Shown here in pieces: positions 1 to 12,399 of a DNA stretch of 64,000 nucleotides. The stretch lies in the NCBI GenBank assembly GCA_951406725.2, contig OX597822.1, positions 111,476,001 to 111,540,000 of the forward strand, read 5' to 3'. The DNA comes from Octopus vulgaris (Eukaryota). The position numbers were made by a program, and so were the translations under genes. The notes beneath the pieces are model-generated. The model did no database searches. It saw only the letters and a program-made list of their open reading frames with translations, and was not told the DNA's origin. Every line of letters begins with the position of its first letter. Position 1 is the stretch's first letter.

Positions 1-18
1 TCTGGTCGGTCACGTGAT

Positions 19-26
<8 letters not shown>
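1..26 (+). mobile_element. 3' end of SINE family D (tail ending in ATCACGTGATCACGTGAT-like palindrome)
   Basis: TCTGGTCGGTCACGTGATCACGTGAT is the reverse complement of the tail of the copy at 15129-15424; followed by (TA)n. Confidence 0.8.
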
Positions 27-82
<56 letters not shown>

Positions 83-562
83 ATATGCGTGGCTGTATAA
101 ATTTGCATGAGTGAGTATTTATTGGTGCCAACCTACACCCACAAACTTATAGATATACACCAACATGCACAAACACGCATATAGCTCATCTGAATATGAG
201 GAAAATAATAGCTAAATACGTGTAATAGTGATTATTTCATTACTCTACATTCTTATACGCGGAGTCACGGTGTCGCATTCACAGGCAGAGGCACACATGC
301 ACACACTTAATATATTTATATAACTATATCTGGCGGTCTGCGCTCTGGAAATAGGATTTTCTCTTTCAGATTAAATGCATAAGAGTGATTTGAGTGAGAG
401 ACGCTGCAGGTACCATTGTTGGAAAGTAATTTGGTTCCTGCTATGTCTGTCCATTTCGCTTACATTACTGATAACATCTCCTTTTATAAACAAAACGATT
501 CCTTTGATTATTGTCCTTTTTAACTAACAAAATATCCCATTACTTTCGCAAATTCGTCTTTT

Positions 563-663
563 ATGATGATGATGATGATGATGACGACGATGATGATATA
601 TATATATATATTTCTGTTTATATTTATGTATATATTTTTATCTATGTATGTTTGTATATGCAT

Positions 664-713
<50 letters not shown>

Positions 714-842
714 TTCTGTCTATATTTATGTATATATTTTTATTTATGTATGTTTATATATACATACATACACACACACATATATATATATTTCTGTCTA
801 TATTTATGTATATATTTTTATCTATGTATGTTTATATATACA

Positions 843-931
<89 letters not shown>

Positions 932-1040
932 TATACATGTATATGTGTGTGTGTATGTATATGTTTGTATGTTTGTATATACATACATACATATATACAT
1001 ATATAATATATATATATATGTATATATGTATATATATATC
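563..1040. repeat. Compound microsatellite (GAT)n/(TA)n/(TACA)n with three copies of a ~70-100 bp unit
   Basis: TATTTCTGTYTATATTTATGTATATATTTTTAT recurs near 609, 711 and 789. Confidence 0.85.
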
Positions 1041-1199
1041 CGCGCGCACGCACTCACGCACACGGATATATACACAACATTAAATCGACATTTATATTTC
1101 CATATTGGACTTCTTTTGTTCATTATATTAAAAATATTTTCGCTTCAGCTATTAATATTCCATCATCCATCTATGTTCAGGTATTTCATTCAATGTTGT

Positions 1200-1700
1200 C
1201 TGCGCATAGACATAACACGTATGGAGTCCGAACAATTTCAATGTCACCGGAGTTAAGTATTGTTACGAAGAAAGGCATCTTGCTGCGAATATGGGAAATT
1301 AAAGTAGATAACATGTATATAATGATAGGATTTGAAATTGGATTTGCTATGTCTGGGTTAAAAGCATTGTTTTAGCAATACAAATAGTGGCCGATTTAAA
1401 GAAACGGTATGTGACGTGATGAAAAAAATGTGGAACTTACAAACGCAGTGTACGCAAGCATGCATCAGATGTATTGCAATTAAGAGCAGTGTGAGCATGA
1501 ACGAAGTTCTTTCATTTTTTAAACACGATAACACGTCATTGGATGTATGTGGTATTCATTTGAACTATCTATAGCAACAATTAATCATACAGAATATCGA
1601 TTCTTCATTGATGACTAACAGACATACTGGAGATATTAGATCTTCGAAGTGTAACGTTGTTGCTGTTAATTTTATGGTATCTTAACAAACTGTGGAATGG
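1200..1700 (+). pseudogene. Possible highly decayed LINE AP-endonuclease remnant
   Basis: Fragments EIGFAMS, ELTNAVYASM and DVCGIHLN occur in the order of GVGFAI / TIIxVYAPT / GDFN; many stops. Confidence 0.25.
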
Positions 1701-1929
1701 TGTGTAAGTTCGCGTAACCTATAAGAGATATAGAATCGGCTTTCCCACTACAAATCAACTACAGTCACTAGTGTTGCTAGTGCAAGTACTATCGTTGTTG
1801 TTACTAGTAATACGTGTGTTTTGTTGCTCCTGCTTCTAGTACTACAGCTATTGTTGTTGCTGCTGCTGCTGCTACTACTACTATTACTACTACTACTACT
1901 ACTACTATGGAAACCTGGAGACTACTACT

Positions 1930-2095
1930 AAAATGGAAACCTGGAGACTAGAGATATTAAAAGTAATTAAAACATTGCAAATTCGCAACAGAGTAGTAGT
2001 AGTAGTAGTAAGAAAATAAAATTAACGATATCCCTAAAATTAATTTAATTATAAAATTAGCAAGGTAAATAATAGACCAATTGCTCATTATTAAC

Positions 2096-2153
<58 letters not shown>

Positions 2154-2343
2154 ACTACTACTACTACTACTACTACTGTTAATAATGAGCAATTGGTCTA
2201 TTATTTACCTTGCTAATTTTATAATTAAATTAATTTTAGGGATATCGTTAATTTTATTTTCTTACTACTACTACTACTACTCTGTTGCGAATTTGCAATG
2301 TTTTAATTACTTTTAATATCTCTAGTCTCCAGGTTTCCATTTT
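1930..2343. repeat. Essentially perfect ~414 bp palindrome centred on a (TAG)n/(CTA)n switch
   Basis: AAAATGGAAACCTGGAGAC...TTAACAGTAG is mirrored by CTACTGTTAA...GTCTCCAGGTTTCCATTTT. Confidence 0.95.
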
Positions 2344-2445
2344 TTACATTACTATGCAGCTGAACTGTTTCCAGTTAAGTCACATCACCTAAAAATACAG
2401 AGCATTTAGAAAAGACAGAAATAATGTTTTTATTTACTTCTTGAA

Positions 2446-2835
2446 TAAATCTATTACTTATTTCATTTACTGGATTGTGACCATGCTAGGGCAAAGCTTA
2501 AACTGTTTAGTCAAATGTTCCTAGAATTTTTTTCCTCATATAATCTATTGCGTAATTATATCAGTATGTTTTGTCAAAAGTTTATGTTATATGGACGTAC
2601 AGGAACCAACACTGATCTTCAAATGGTTGTGGGGGACGAATACAACGCAAACACCCACAAGTGTTCACCCAAGTCTTTCACACAATTCCCGTCTACCAAA
2701 TTCATTCACTAGTCATTGGTCGATACTGGGCTGTAGAAGAGGAAGACACATGTCTAAGGTACCGGCAGTGCACCTGAATCCGAAAGCACGTGTTTCCAAA
2801 TTGAGCTCCTTAACAAAACAGCTATACCTGCGTCT
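2446..2835 (-). mobile_element. Old diverged SINE family A copy
   Basis: Reverse complement resembles 5611-5988 (TTTCCGTCTACCAAATTCA, GAAGACAC, GACCATGCT). Confidence 0.65.
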
Positions 2836-2922
2836 ACAATATCGAAATTTCAATATTATAACAATATAATCAAAATAGCGAGTTAGAAAATCACTATAAG
2901 AGATGAAAACTAGAACTTACAG

Positions 2923-3174
2923 AGAAGTAATGTTTCTTGCCTCTTAAACATTGCTGCTCCATAGGAACCGACGTTACTGCTATTTTTAACACCAGGAGGG
3001 CGCTCCCTCCAGCTGGTTTTCAACGGTAGGCGTTCACTCTCTTACTTGCAATACATATCGGGTGCAGATTGCATCGAATAACCAGCTGGATTGGCGTTTT
3101 CCTGGGGTTAAAAATACCAGTAATCTCGGTTCCTCCAGAGCAGTCATGCTTAAGGGGCAATAGACATTTCTTCT
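2923..3174. mobile_element. MITE-like imperfect foldback element
   Basis: ~70 bp arms about 80% complementary (GGAACCGACGTTACTGCTATTTTTAAC / GTTAAAAATACCAGTAATCTCGGTTCC) plus inner CCAGCTGGTT/AACCAGCTGG. Confidence 0.75.
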
Positions 3175-4134
3175 TCACTATATAATACTTTATATTAATT
3201 TTTTTGTCAAAGGTGTTCACATATTTCTACACTAAAATCGCAAAATACAATAAAATAAGGCATTAAGAATTTAAAATTCTTGTACGTCAGAATCAAATTT
3301 ATGAATTATTAATAACGCCCTCTAGCCTTCTTTGAGTTTATACAAATTTTCAGAAAGAATGGTATTACATATCCTTTTTTCGCGAAAAAGTGATACGCTA
3401 TGCGAATATCTATTTATTCATATATATGGACATCGACATATATGCGTATATGTATATTGTATACACGTGAATATATATACATGCATGTATATCTTCATAT
3501 ATACAAATACATACGTATATACGTGTGCGTGTGTGTGTATACGTATATACAGAATACTTTCTTGGCTATACTTAAATACAAATATGTTTTTCTCTTAAGT
3601 TAGAAGTTGAATCGTTCTCCCTTAAAGAGAAACTTGCGCAGAAAAAAAGAACCCAAATATATTCCATCAGATACACCTCCCCCCCTTTTATATTTTAGGC
3701 TATATATATATCCATATCAAATACATCATAGTTGAAAGAACTGTTTGAACGTTGGGATCCTTGAACATGCATTTTCTTCTGATATTTCAAAAATAGTAAT
3801 GATATACATGTTTTACAGAGTTGAATTGTGGAGCTGAATAAACATGAGTGTTTAGTTCGAAATATTTCTGCATTTGTCCACGCAACAACGTCGATATATG
3901 TATATATATTTGATTACGCAATTAATTTTCTCAGAATTGTTTAAAAAATGCCGTTACGTTTATTTTTCTTCAAAGGAACGATTGTCGTTTTTATCTTTGA
4001 AATTTTGTTTGTATAAGTTGCATTACATCGAAATCTACTTAACTAATACATAAGTTGTTTTCTTTTTCTCTTGAGAAACAGCTGTTCTTGTGTAAGGAAG
4101 ACATTTTTGATTCTCAATTGGAAATGCACTGTGC

Positions 4135-4339
4135 ATATTGGCTTCAAATTTTGGAACAGGCCAGCTATTTTGAGGGAGGGTATAAGTCGTTTACATCGGC
4201 CGCAGTGCTCAAATGGTACTTATTTTATCAAGTGCCTCGAAAGGATGAAAAACAATGTCCACATCAGCGACATTTGAACTCAGAACTTAGAGACGGGCGA
4301 AATACTGCCAAGCCTTTTAGCTGGCGTGTAAACGATTCT
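4135..4339 (-). mobile_element. Old SINE family B-related copy
   Basis: Diverged GGTACTTATTTTATC...AAAGGATGAAA...TTTGAACTCAGAAC. Confidence 0.65.
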
Positions 4340-4571
4340 ATTTCTTTACTACCCACAAGGGGTTAAACACAGAAAGGACAAACAAGGACAGACACACGGA
4401 TTAAGTCGATTACATCGACCCCAGTGCGTAACTGGTACTTATTTAATCGACCCCGAAAGGATGAAAGGCAAAGTCGACCTCGGCAGAATTTGAACCCAGA
4501 ACGTAACGGCAGACGAAATACGGCTACGCATTTCTCCCGGCGTGCTAACGTTTCTGCCAGCTCGCCACCTT
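4340..4571 (-). mobile_element. SINE family B (tRNA head, Deu/Nin-type central domain)
   Basis: Minus strand has A box TGGCAGAAACGTTAG, B box GTTCAAATTC and GCCTTTCATCCTTTCGGGGTCGAT...AAGTACCAG; close to 24712-24943 and 31629-31862. Confidence 0.9.
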
Positions 4572-5344
4572 AATACACTGTACAAACTGGCAATAGATAT
4601 ATTCATTTGCAATGATTAGACAGCGCAAGAGGGAGATAGAGAGAATGAAAGAGAAAGAGAGAGAGAGAAGAAAGAGAAAGAAAAATGGAAAGAGAGAGAG
4701 AGAAGGAGGAAGAGACTGAAAGAGTGAGAAATGGAGGGGGGAAACCTTGGAGGTATTTGTTAAATCTAAATAAAGCGGTTTTAATCCTGAGTATCATATA
4801 TCAAGTGGGTTTTAGATGACAGTGGATATCATGGGGTATTATTCTGTTTAGTTCAGATTAATGAACCCAGTACATATTACAATCGTATATCTATGTGTTT
4901 AATATCTATTTTATTACGGAGCTTACCAGATATATATCAATGTATTATAAACAAAATTCCAATTTCATGCCGTTATAAAAATATGATACCCGGGCATTGT
5001 GTGGACGTCATTTTTCAGTTTTATTTCACGATTTCGTGCCAGGTTAATTTTGTTTGTGTATATGCATATGTGCAGATTTGTATGTCTTGTTTTATGTATG
5101 TATTCTCATACAAACAGCTGCATAGCTAGACAGGCTCATATATATATTTAAATGATAAACTTCTGAAAAGTTTTACAGATTTTTACAGTTCCAGTAATGG
5201 ATTGGATCTGTAGTCTTTGAATTAGCTTTCTCCTTACTGGATTTGCGAAGATTAATTTCTCAAAATTGGTAGTTAGGGAGTGTATTACATATCTCAGAGT
5301 ATGTATATATGCATGTATAAATGTATGTATGTATATACGAGTAT

Positions 5345-5602
5345 CGTTGTCTGATAAGAAGTTTTCTCCCTAACCAAGTGGTTCCGGGTTCATTCCCACT
5401 ACGTGATATGTTGGGCTACTGTACTCTAATATAGCCTCGGGCCGACCAAAGTCTTGTGAGCGGATTTAGATTGGTAGAAACTGAAAGAAATCCGAATTAA
5501 GGAAAATATACACTGGGATCGATTCGTTAGACTAAAATTTCTCAAGGTGGTGCGCCAGTATGACAGCGTTCGATTGACTGAAATAAGTGGAAAAATAAAA
5601 AG
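5345..5602 (+). mobile_element. Old, internally deleted SINE family A copy
   Basis: GGTTCCGGGTTCATTCCCACT...TAGCCTCGGGCCGACCAAAG...GGTGGTGCGCCAGTATG. Confidence 0.7.
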
Positions 5603-5610
5603 ATATATAT

Positions 5611-5988
5611 AGGCGCAGGAGTGGCTGTGTGGTAAGTAGCTTGCTAACCAACCACATGGTTCCGGGTTCAGTCCCACTGCGTGGCATCTTGGGCAAGTGT
5701 CTTCTGCTATAGCCTCGGGCCGACCAAAGCCTTGTAAGTGGATTTGGTAGACGGAAACTGAAAGAAGCATGTCGTATATATGTGTCTGTGTTTGTCCCCC
5801 TAGCATTGCTTGACAACCGATGCTGGTGTGTTTACGTCCCCGTCACTTAGCGGTTCGGCAAAAGAGACCGATAGAATAAGTACTGGGCTTACAAAGAATA
5901 AGTCCCGGGGTCGATTTGCTCGACTAAAGGTGGTGCTCCAGCATGGCCGCAGTCAAATGACTGAAACAAGTAAAAGAGTAAAAGAGTA
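5611..5988 (+). mobile_element. SINE family A (tRNA head, CORE-like block, internal microsatellite, GTAAAAGA tail)
   Basis: GGCGCAGGAGTGGCTGTGTGG, GGGTTCAGTCCC B box, CTTGGGCAAGTGTCTT; several near-identical copies in the window. Confidence 0.92.
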
Positions 5989-6432
5989 TAGAGTGACTAG
6001 ACAAAATAATGGAACCATCACATTTGACTTTTTTTTTTTTTGCTATTACCAGTATGAGGAAATTTAAAAGTTTCCAGTGTGTAAGTATACACATGCATTA
6101 TGTATGCCTTGTACTTCACGATATAGCCTTATATTTTTCTATTTTTGAAGATATTTATATTATAACTATATAAGTTAAAATAACTGCTTTATCTAATTTT
6201 GATAGAAACCAAATTAGTGGTACCTGATGCATGGAACCTCATTTAATAAAACTATAAAATATTGAGCTCTGATGGTAGAATAAACTTCGAAAGCTCTGAG
6301 TATCTACAGGTGAAACTTAGTGTACCAAGAAACAGGATCGGCTGAAATAAAAAAAAATCTTATTAATCTCTACTATGGCACCACCCACACTCACGCCCAT
6401 CCACACCTCCACACACGTATCCACCACACATG

Positions 6433-6496
<64 letters not shown>

Positions 6497-6555
6497 TATA
6501 TATATTCATACATACATATATACATACATATATACACATATATATATACAGATAT

Positions 6556-6633
<78 letters not shown>

Positions 6634-7659
6634 TTCATATTCAGGTATTTAAATTGGAACAGAGTTTCACATATTACTGCCGGATATAATGGAACGAATT
6701 CGGGCACTATGAACCTTTAAATTAATTCATGTTTTAGTAAGTAATTGAAAAACATTTTCACTAAGATATTCTGAAAATTAATGCTTGCTGTTTCCGGATT
6801 ATTATATTCAAATACCAGAACGTTTATGTTTAACATGCCTACAGAAGAATAAGTTAATCAATGCTACAGCAGCCACCCATAAAACTGAGAACAATATTGA
6901 TATGTATATATCGTGGTATATCTACTAATCCTCCAATATAAGGAATCTTTCGGAATAGAAAGTTATGCAGTAATTTTCCGAAATTGTGTATGACTGTTCT
7001 ACAAATTTAATGCGTAGTTGTCTGAGAAGACTGGTATATATACTTGCCCAACATTATATTTCTCTTTTCCTAGAAAAAGCAATGTTCAACCATAGGTATG
7101 TAATCAAAGTAAATATATATGGAATGAAAATGTACGTAATGTTTAAACGACGTTTGTTAAATGTAACTGAACTGTTTGAACGACTTCCATTATTTAATTA
7201 ATCATTCGAACCACTAAAATTTTAAATTAAAATCAGATCACGGCTAAATATATCCACCATCGCACTGTGATCGATTTATTTAATACTAATAAAATCCTGA
7301 GATCAGTTGTGCGGAATGACTAATATTGACCTATTATGTGATTGTATATTATTTTCAAAGTCGAAAAATTCAACACAGAAATAGAGTTGCATATATGCTT
7401 CATAGAGTATAGAAAATATCTTTACAGGCCGTTTCACATCTAGGGTATGTTTAGTACATTAATTAAAATATATGCACATCAATAAAGTGAACTTAATACG
7501 ATTAATGGACATGTATAGTTGGTATTTGCATTATATGAAGATAAATAAACAGTCGAATATATTCGACATCGCAAATAATTTTGTATCGCCGTATATTTAC
7601 TCACTTCAAATGTGTTCTGTACATTCAAATATAATTTTGATAATCATAAAAAAAGCACA

Positions 7660-8220
7660 AAATAAAAACTTACCATGCAATACCTTTGCTGCTAAACAGT
7701 GAATGCAATCTGTTTTATGTATAGAGAAACATACTGGAAACCTGAAAGTGGGGAGAAAAGAATAGGCATCAAATACCGGCAACAATTCCATTTCGCAAAC
7801 CAAAATAAATTTATAATTTGCAGAATAAGGTAATAAATTAGCCACTATGTTAAATTGATCTCCAAGAGAGTGTGACAAGTTGACACTTTGTGTTCACAGT
7901 TAAAATTATTCCTGTTGATATATGATGTTCTGTAATTGAAGAAGGAAGTTTTGTTTAATATTGTTTAAGTGTTTGTTGCATTATTGCCCAACAGCGATGT
8001 GTAACTTAATAAATGCCTTCTTTTGTAATAATCGTAATGTTGGAGTGAACTAGATCCGCCTCGTCTCCAAGTTCTGGAAATTCTAGTCAGTACCCATTGA
8101 GATTGATGTCATGTCTTTATCTGATGGGGCTAATATTATAAAAGATATTTTAGATTTTTAATTCAAGCTATTACATTGGGAAGGAAATTTATTTGTTTCA
8201 CTATTCAATAAAATCATTTA
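7660..8220 (+). pseudogene. Possible Maverick/Polinton minor capsid (penton) fossil
   Basis: Decayed motifs in expected order: LPCNT, TGNLKVGRKE (cf. GxWEVGLxE), LIY/CSVIEE (cf. YVYCDIVE), IEIDV, EGNLFVSL; directly upstream of the MCP-like frame. Confidence 0.3.
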
Positions 8221-8237
8221 ATATTGCGTCAACTTTG

Positions 8238-8885
8238 ATGACCTTTTTACAATCGTCTTGTCACTTATCAACAGAATTTGACATTTTGATAGAAAGGAGT
8301 ATTAAAAGTTTTATTGCTTTTTAGCAACAGCAGCAGTGTCTATTGTGTCGAACTGGATTTCCGATAAACGTAAAACCGTCTTCTTATATTTGGGACCAAC
8401 GTTTGATTGTGTGTGCTGTTGCTAAAGTTCAATGGAAGCGAAAATGAGAATCGGGATGTTCAACTCGCACCAATGACAATTTTCTTCGTAAGGTAAATGA
8501 TTTAAAAACACAATAATAATTTCCCCAATTTATGGTAGTTTGCTAAAACAAACAGTACTTTTCTAAAGGAGTTAGAACTAGTTTGCTGGGTAGTCAACAT
8601 GATGTTTATGTGTTCTATAAACCTGGTTAAAGTATAATGTCAGATGATTATACAGGTCCTGTTTCTACTTTTGATGAAGTTATTTGGCATCAGGGCAAAC
8701 TTAATTCACCAAACGTATGATCAAACTGTTTTAGTTTCGTTAACAACTTGATGTATCTTGTGTATTATGAGCTCTGCTGTCAACTGAATACTTATTCTTA
8801 TTTCAGAGCTTATGTTGAGACTTGGTAATCATGTGATTTTCAATAAGTTTATTATCAACAAAATATATATAACCTAAGTAGAACA
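8238..8885 (+). pseudogene. Probable Maverick/Polinton major capsid protein fossil (N-terminal part)
   Basis: One frame with in-frame stops: MTFLQSSCHLSTEFDIL...FPINVKPSSYIWDQRLIVCAVAKV...FVNNLMYLVYYELCCQLNTYSYFRAYVET, resembling the family pattern VNNFLHSLF...LN...YPYRAYIETLL; interrupted by SINE at 8888. Confidence 0.5.
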
Positions 8886-8887
8886 TG

Positions 8888-9297
8888 GGCGCAGGGGTGG
8901 CTGTGTGGTAAGTAGCTTGCTAACCAACCACATGGTTCCGGGTTCAGTCCCACTGCGTGGCATCTTGGGCAAGTGTCTTCTGCTATAGCCCCGGGCCGAC
9001 CAATGCCTTGTGAGTGGATTTGGTAGACGGAAACTGAAAGAAGCCTGTCGTATATATGTATATATATGTATGTGTGTGTGTTTGTGTGTCTGTGTTTGTT
9101 CCCCTAGCATTGCTTGACAACCGATGCTGGTGTGTTTACGTCCCCGTCACTTAGCGGTTCGGCAAAAAGAGACCGATAGAAAAAGTACTGGGCTTACAAA
9201 AAAGAATGAGTCCCGGGGTCGAGTTGCTCGACTAAAAGGCGGTGCTCCAGCATGGCCGCAGTCAAAATGACTGAAACAAGTAAAAGAAAGAAAGAAA
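8888..9297 (+). mobile_element. SINE family A
   Basis: Near-identical to 5611-5988. Confidence 0.92.
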
Positions 9298-9549
9298 ATA
9301 TATTACTGTTTATTAATGAAATATAATCATCTATATCAATGGCTACACCTGCATCGACTGACAAAGATTGACAGAGAGGGAACCTATTGTGTCTTCTTGG
9401 AGAATGGACGAACCACTTTCAGCTATAACGTCTCTTTCTGAAAATACTGGGAATAAAAATCAGTGTATACATACATACACACACACGCACACACACACAC
9501 ATACACACAAATACACACACACACACACATATATATATACATATGTATA

Positions 9550-10330
9550 CAGAATGATACAGAGTGAGACTAACACACGCACCCATACACATGTTCACAC
9601 ATAATACTCACATACATACATTCCCACTATGTCTATGTACACATGCCAACACACACACATCACCACCCACCCATTCACACACACTTCAGACTGCTTCATA
9701 CCGCCTCTCAGTCACTTTTCAAACTATCCCTGCCCCACTACTGACCATCCCATGCACGCATACGTACCAAAGCGCCAGTACACACACACAGCCACCAATT
9801 AACACGCACAAACTCAACATTCATACAATACAAACACATGTAAAATAAATAGCACACAGACACACAGTTAATACCAAATCACACACACACACACACCGTT
9901 ACCACCACACGCACACATGCTACCACGCACACACACCGACGCAGTTACTTCCACAGACACACACGCTACCATACACAGACACACTCTATCAAACACGCAC
10001 ACATGCCACCACACGCAAACGCGCGAAACACACACACATGTGCGCACACACAGATATCAACCATTCTTCACACTCTCCTCTCCCAGAAAGCACTTTCTCT
10101 TTCTCCATGTACTTCCGGTCATTTCAAAAATGTAAATTAACGTGGACTGTTGGCGATTGTTTCTCTCCTTCTCCCTTTTTTTGGGATTTCCTATGTCTCC
10201 TGTTTCCGAAGAGGAGCTATGGTCGAACGATAAAACAACCACTCTTTCCTTCTGTTATTAATACTTTGCATGCACTATGTCCTCGCGTTGTTGTTTTTCT
10301 TGTCTTTATTCATTTTTTAACCAACTATTT
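9550..10330 (+). mobile_element. Diverged PLE 3' region, family H: CA-rich tract plus terminus with decayed HHR
   Basis: 10120-10330 aligns to 52967-53178 (TTTCAAAA, GTTGGCGATT, GTTTCCGAAGAGGAGC, GTCCTCGCGTTGTTGT). Confidence 0.65.
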
Positions 10331-10439
10331 ACTGCATTGCTTACACAGACCGCCGTCCTTCGGACTGGCTTTGCATTATCTAATTCATGGATTCCTTTCT
10401 ACCACCGGATTACATCACCTGATTCTATCGGAGTACGCC

Positions 10440-10501
<62 letters not shown>

Positions 10502-10599
10502 TATATATATAAATATAAATATGTATATATATATATATATATATATGAAAAAACAAGTAAAAAATAGAAAATGCTAAAATAATTTTATAGTGAACATTT

Positions 10600-10637
10600 C
10601 AGTACCGGTTTCGGTCATTTTGAGACCTTTTCAACTG
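10600..10637 (-). ncRNA. Minimal type I hammerhead ribozyme, U3-A8 variant
   Basis: Mirror copy of 11013-11050. Confidence 0.75.
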
Positions 10638-11012
10638 TAACGATTAAATAATTAAATTTAGAAAAATTAGAAGAAAAGTTTTTTTAAAAGAATATTTCTA
10701 TAGTAGTGTTCAGATTTAAGTGGCATTCTGCCTTTCTCTGACTCCCTTGTTTGCACTTGTGTGTTCGAGGTAGAAAACAGAAAAATAGCTTTTAGCCAAC
10801 ACATAGATACTTGCGCCAACAAGTATCTTTGTTGGCGCAAGTATCTATGTGTTGGCTAAAAGCTATTTTTCTGTTTTCTACCTCGAACACACAAGTGCAA
10901 ACAAGGAGTCAGAGAAAGGCAGAATGCCACTTAAATCTGAACACTACTATAGAAATATTCTTTTAAAAAAACTTTTCTTCTAATTTTTCTAAATTTAATT
11001 ATTTAATCGTTA

Positions 11013-11050
11013 CAGTTGAAAAGGTCTCAAAATGACCGAAACCGGTACTG
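11013..11050 (+). ncRNA. Minimal type I hammerhead ribozyme, U3-A8 variant
   Basis: CAG-TTGAAAA-GGTC(TCAAAAT)GACC-GAAAC-CG-GTA-CTG: stem I CAG/CTG, stem II GGTC/GACC, palindromic stem III ACCGGT. Confidence 0.75.
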
Positions 11051-11136
11051 AAATGTTCACTATAAAATTATTTTAGCATTTTCTATTTTTTACTTGTTTT
11101 TCATATATATCAACCCGTGTGTTCCTTTTCACCCTT

Positions 11137-11173
<37 letters not shown>

Positions 11174-11234
11174 TATAATATATGTATATATATTTATATT
11201 TATATATATATACATATTTATATTTATATATATA

Positions 11235-11318
<84 letters not shown>

Positions 11319-11760
11319 GTTGAAAATGCACTACGATTCGTTTAGATATTTTTTATATATTTCTAACGCCTACACCAGTTCCGGTAATTACACTGATTTT
11401 CAAAAGCTACAAATTATTGTTTGTATAGAGGATATATAGTTCGATTTGATTGGCTGAGGATGATCGCATGATTATGTTTAGAACATTTTGCAAGTTTGAC
11501 ACGGTTTAGAAATGTTTGCAAGGTTGACTTCTAGTGACAATCCCAAAGAGTCCCTTGTCAAGTGGTAGATGATTCCTACGTCAGATATTTCCCTCTTACA
11601 TGACATTTCAATCAGAATCGATTGTATATTTCTATGTGTATATCGCTGGTATTTAACATAATGTCGCATATCGTAAACAAAATGAATAATATATTGTAAC
11701 ATTTTTCATTTAAATTGCCATATCATATAAGGAAAACACAAACATTGATATTATATATAT

Positions 11761-12090
11761 AAAGGGTAAAGACCCCCTTCGGTAATGAATGACCATGGGA
11801 TTGCACCTAGAAAGTTACCCTCCTAGACACAAGTCTGGGCAAGGTTGTTTATGGAAGACCAGCAGTCGCCCATGCATACCAGCCTCCCCTCTCCACACCA
11901 CCAGTGTTATCCAAGGGAAAGACAAAGGTCGATACAGCATGGCACCAGTGACGTCGCAACTCATTTCTACAGCTGAGTGAACTGGAGCAACGTGAAATAA
12001 AGTGCCTTGCTCAAGAACACAACACGCAGCCCGGTCCGGGATTCGAGCTCACAACCTCACGATCTTAAGCTCGACGCTCTAACCACTGAG
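11761..12090 (-). mobile_element. SINE family E (tRNA head, CORE-like block), first few 5' nt missing
   Basis: Matches 47108-47443 and the adjacent plus copy. Confidence 0.9.
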
Positions 12091-12094
12091 TTAA

Positions 12095-12397
12095 GGCGCA
12101 TGGCTCAGTGGTCAGAGCGTCGAGCTTACGATCGTGAGGTTGTGAGCTCGAATCCCGGACCGGGCTGCGTGTTGTGTTCTTGAGCAAGGCACTTTATTTC
12201 ACGTTGCTCCAGTTCACTCAGCTGTAGAAATGAGTTGCGACGTCACTGGTGCCAAGCTGTATCGACCTTTGTCTTTCCCTTGGATAACACTGGTGGCGTG
12301 GAGAGGGGAGGCTGGTATGCATGGGCGACTGCTAGTCTTCCATAAACAACCTTGCCCGGACTTGTGTCTAGGAGGGTAACTTTCTAGGTGCAATCCC

Positions 12398-12399
<2 letters not shown>
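12095..12399 (+). mobile_element. SINE family E, last ~35 nt missing
   Basis: GGCGCATGGCTCAGTGG A box, GAGCTCGAATCCC B box, GTTCTTGAGCAAGGCACTTTA. Confidence 0.9.

Larger units (their letters stand above)
10538..11110. repeat. ~570 bp near-perfect palindrome of a PLE-type terminus between (TA)n tracts
   Basis: Arms differ by only two single-base homopolymer indels; 6 nt loop GTATCT at 10823-10828. Confidence 0.95.

Noticed and set aside
511-1256. Long ORFs rich in [12 protein letters not shown], here and throughout the window
   Set aside because: Translations of (TA)n, (CA)n and (TACA)n microsatellites
12095-12170. tRNA genes at SINE 5' ends
   Set aside because: tRNA-like heads run straight into repeated SINE bodies with no tRNA 3' end or terminator
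11789-12399. Repeated 61-63 aa ORF (MGLHLESYPP...) also at 47136
   Set aside because: Antisense reading of SINE family E, not a gene family
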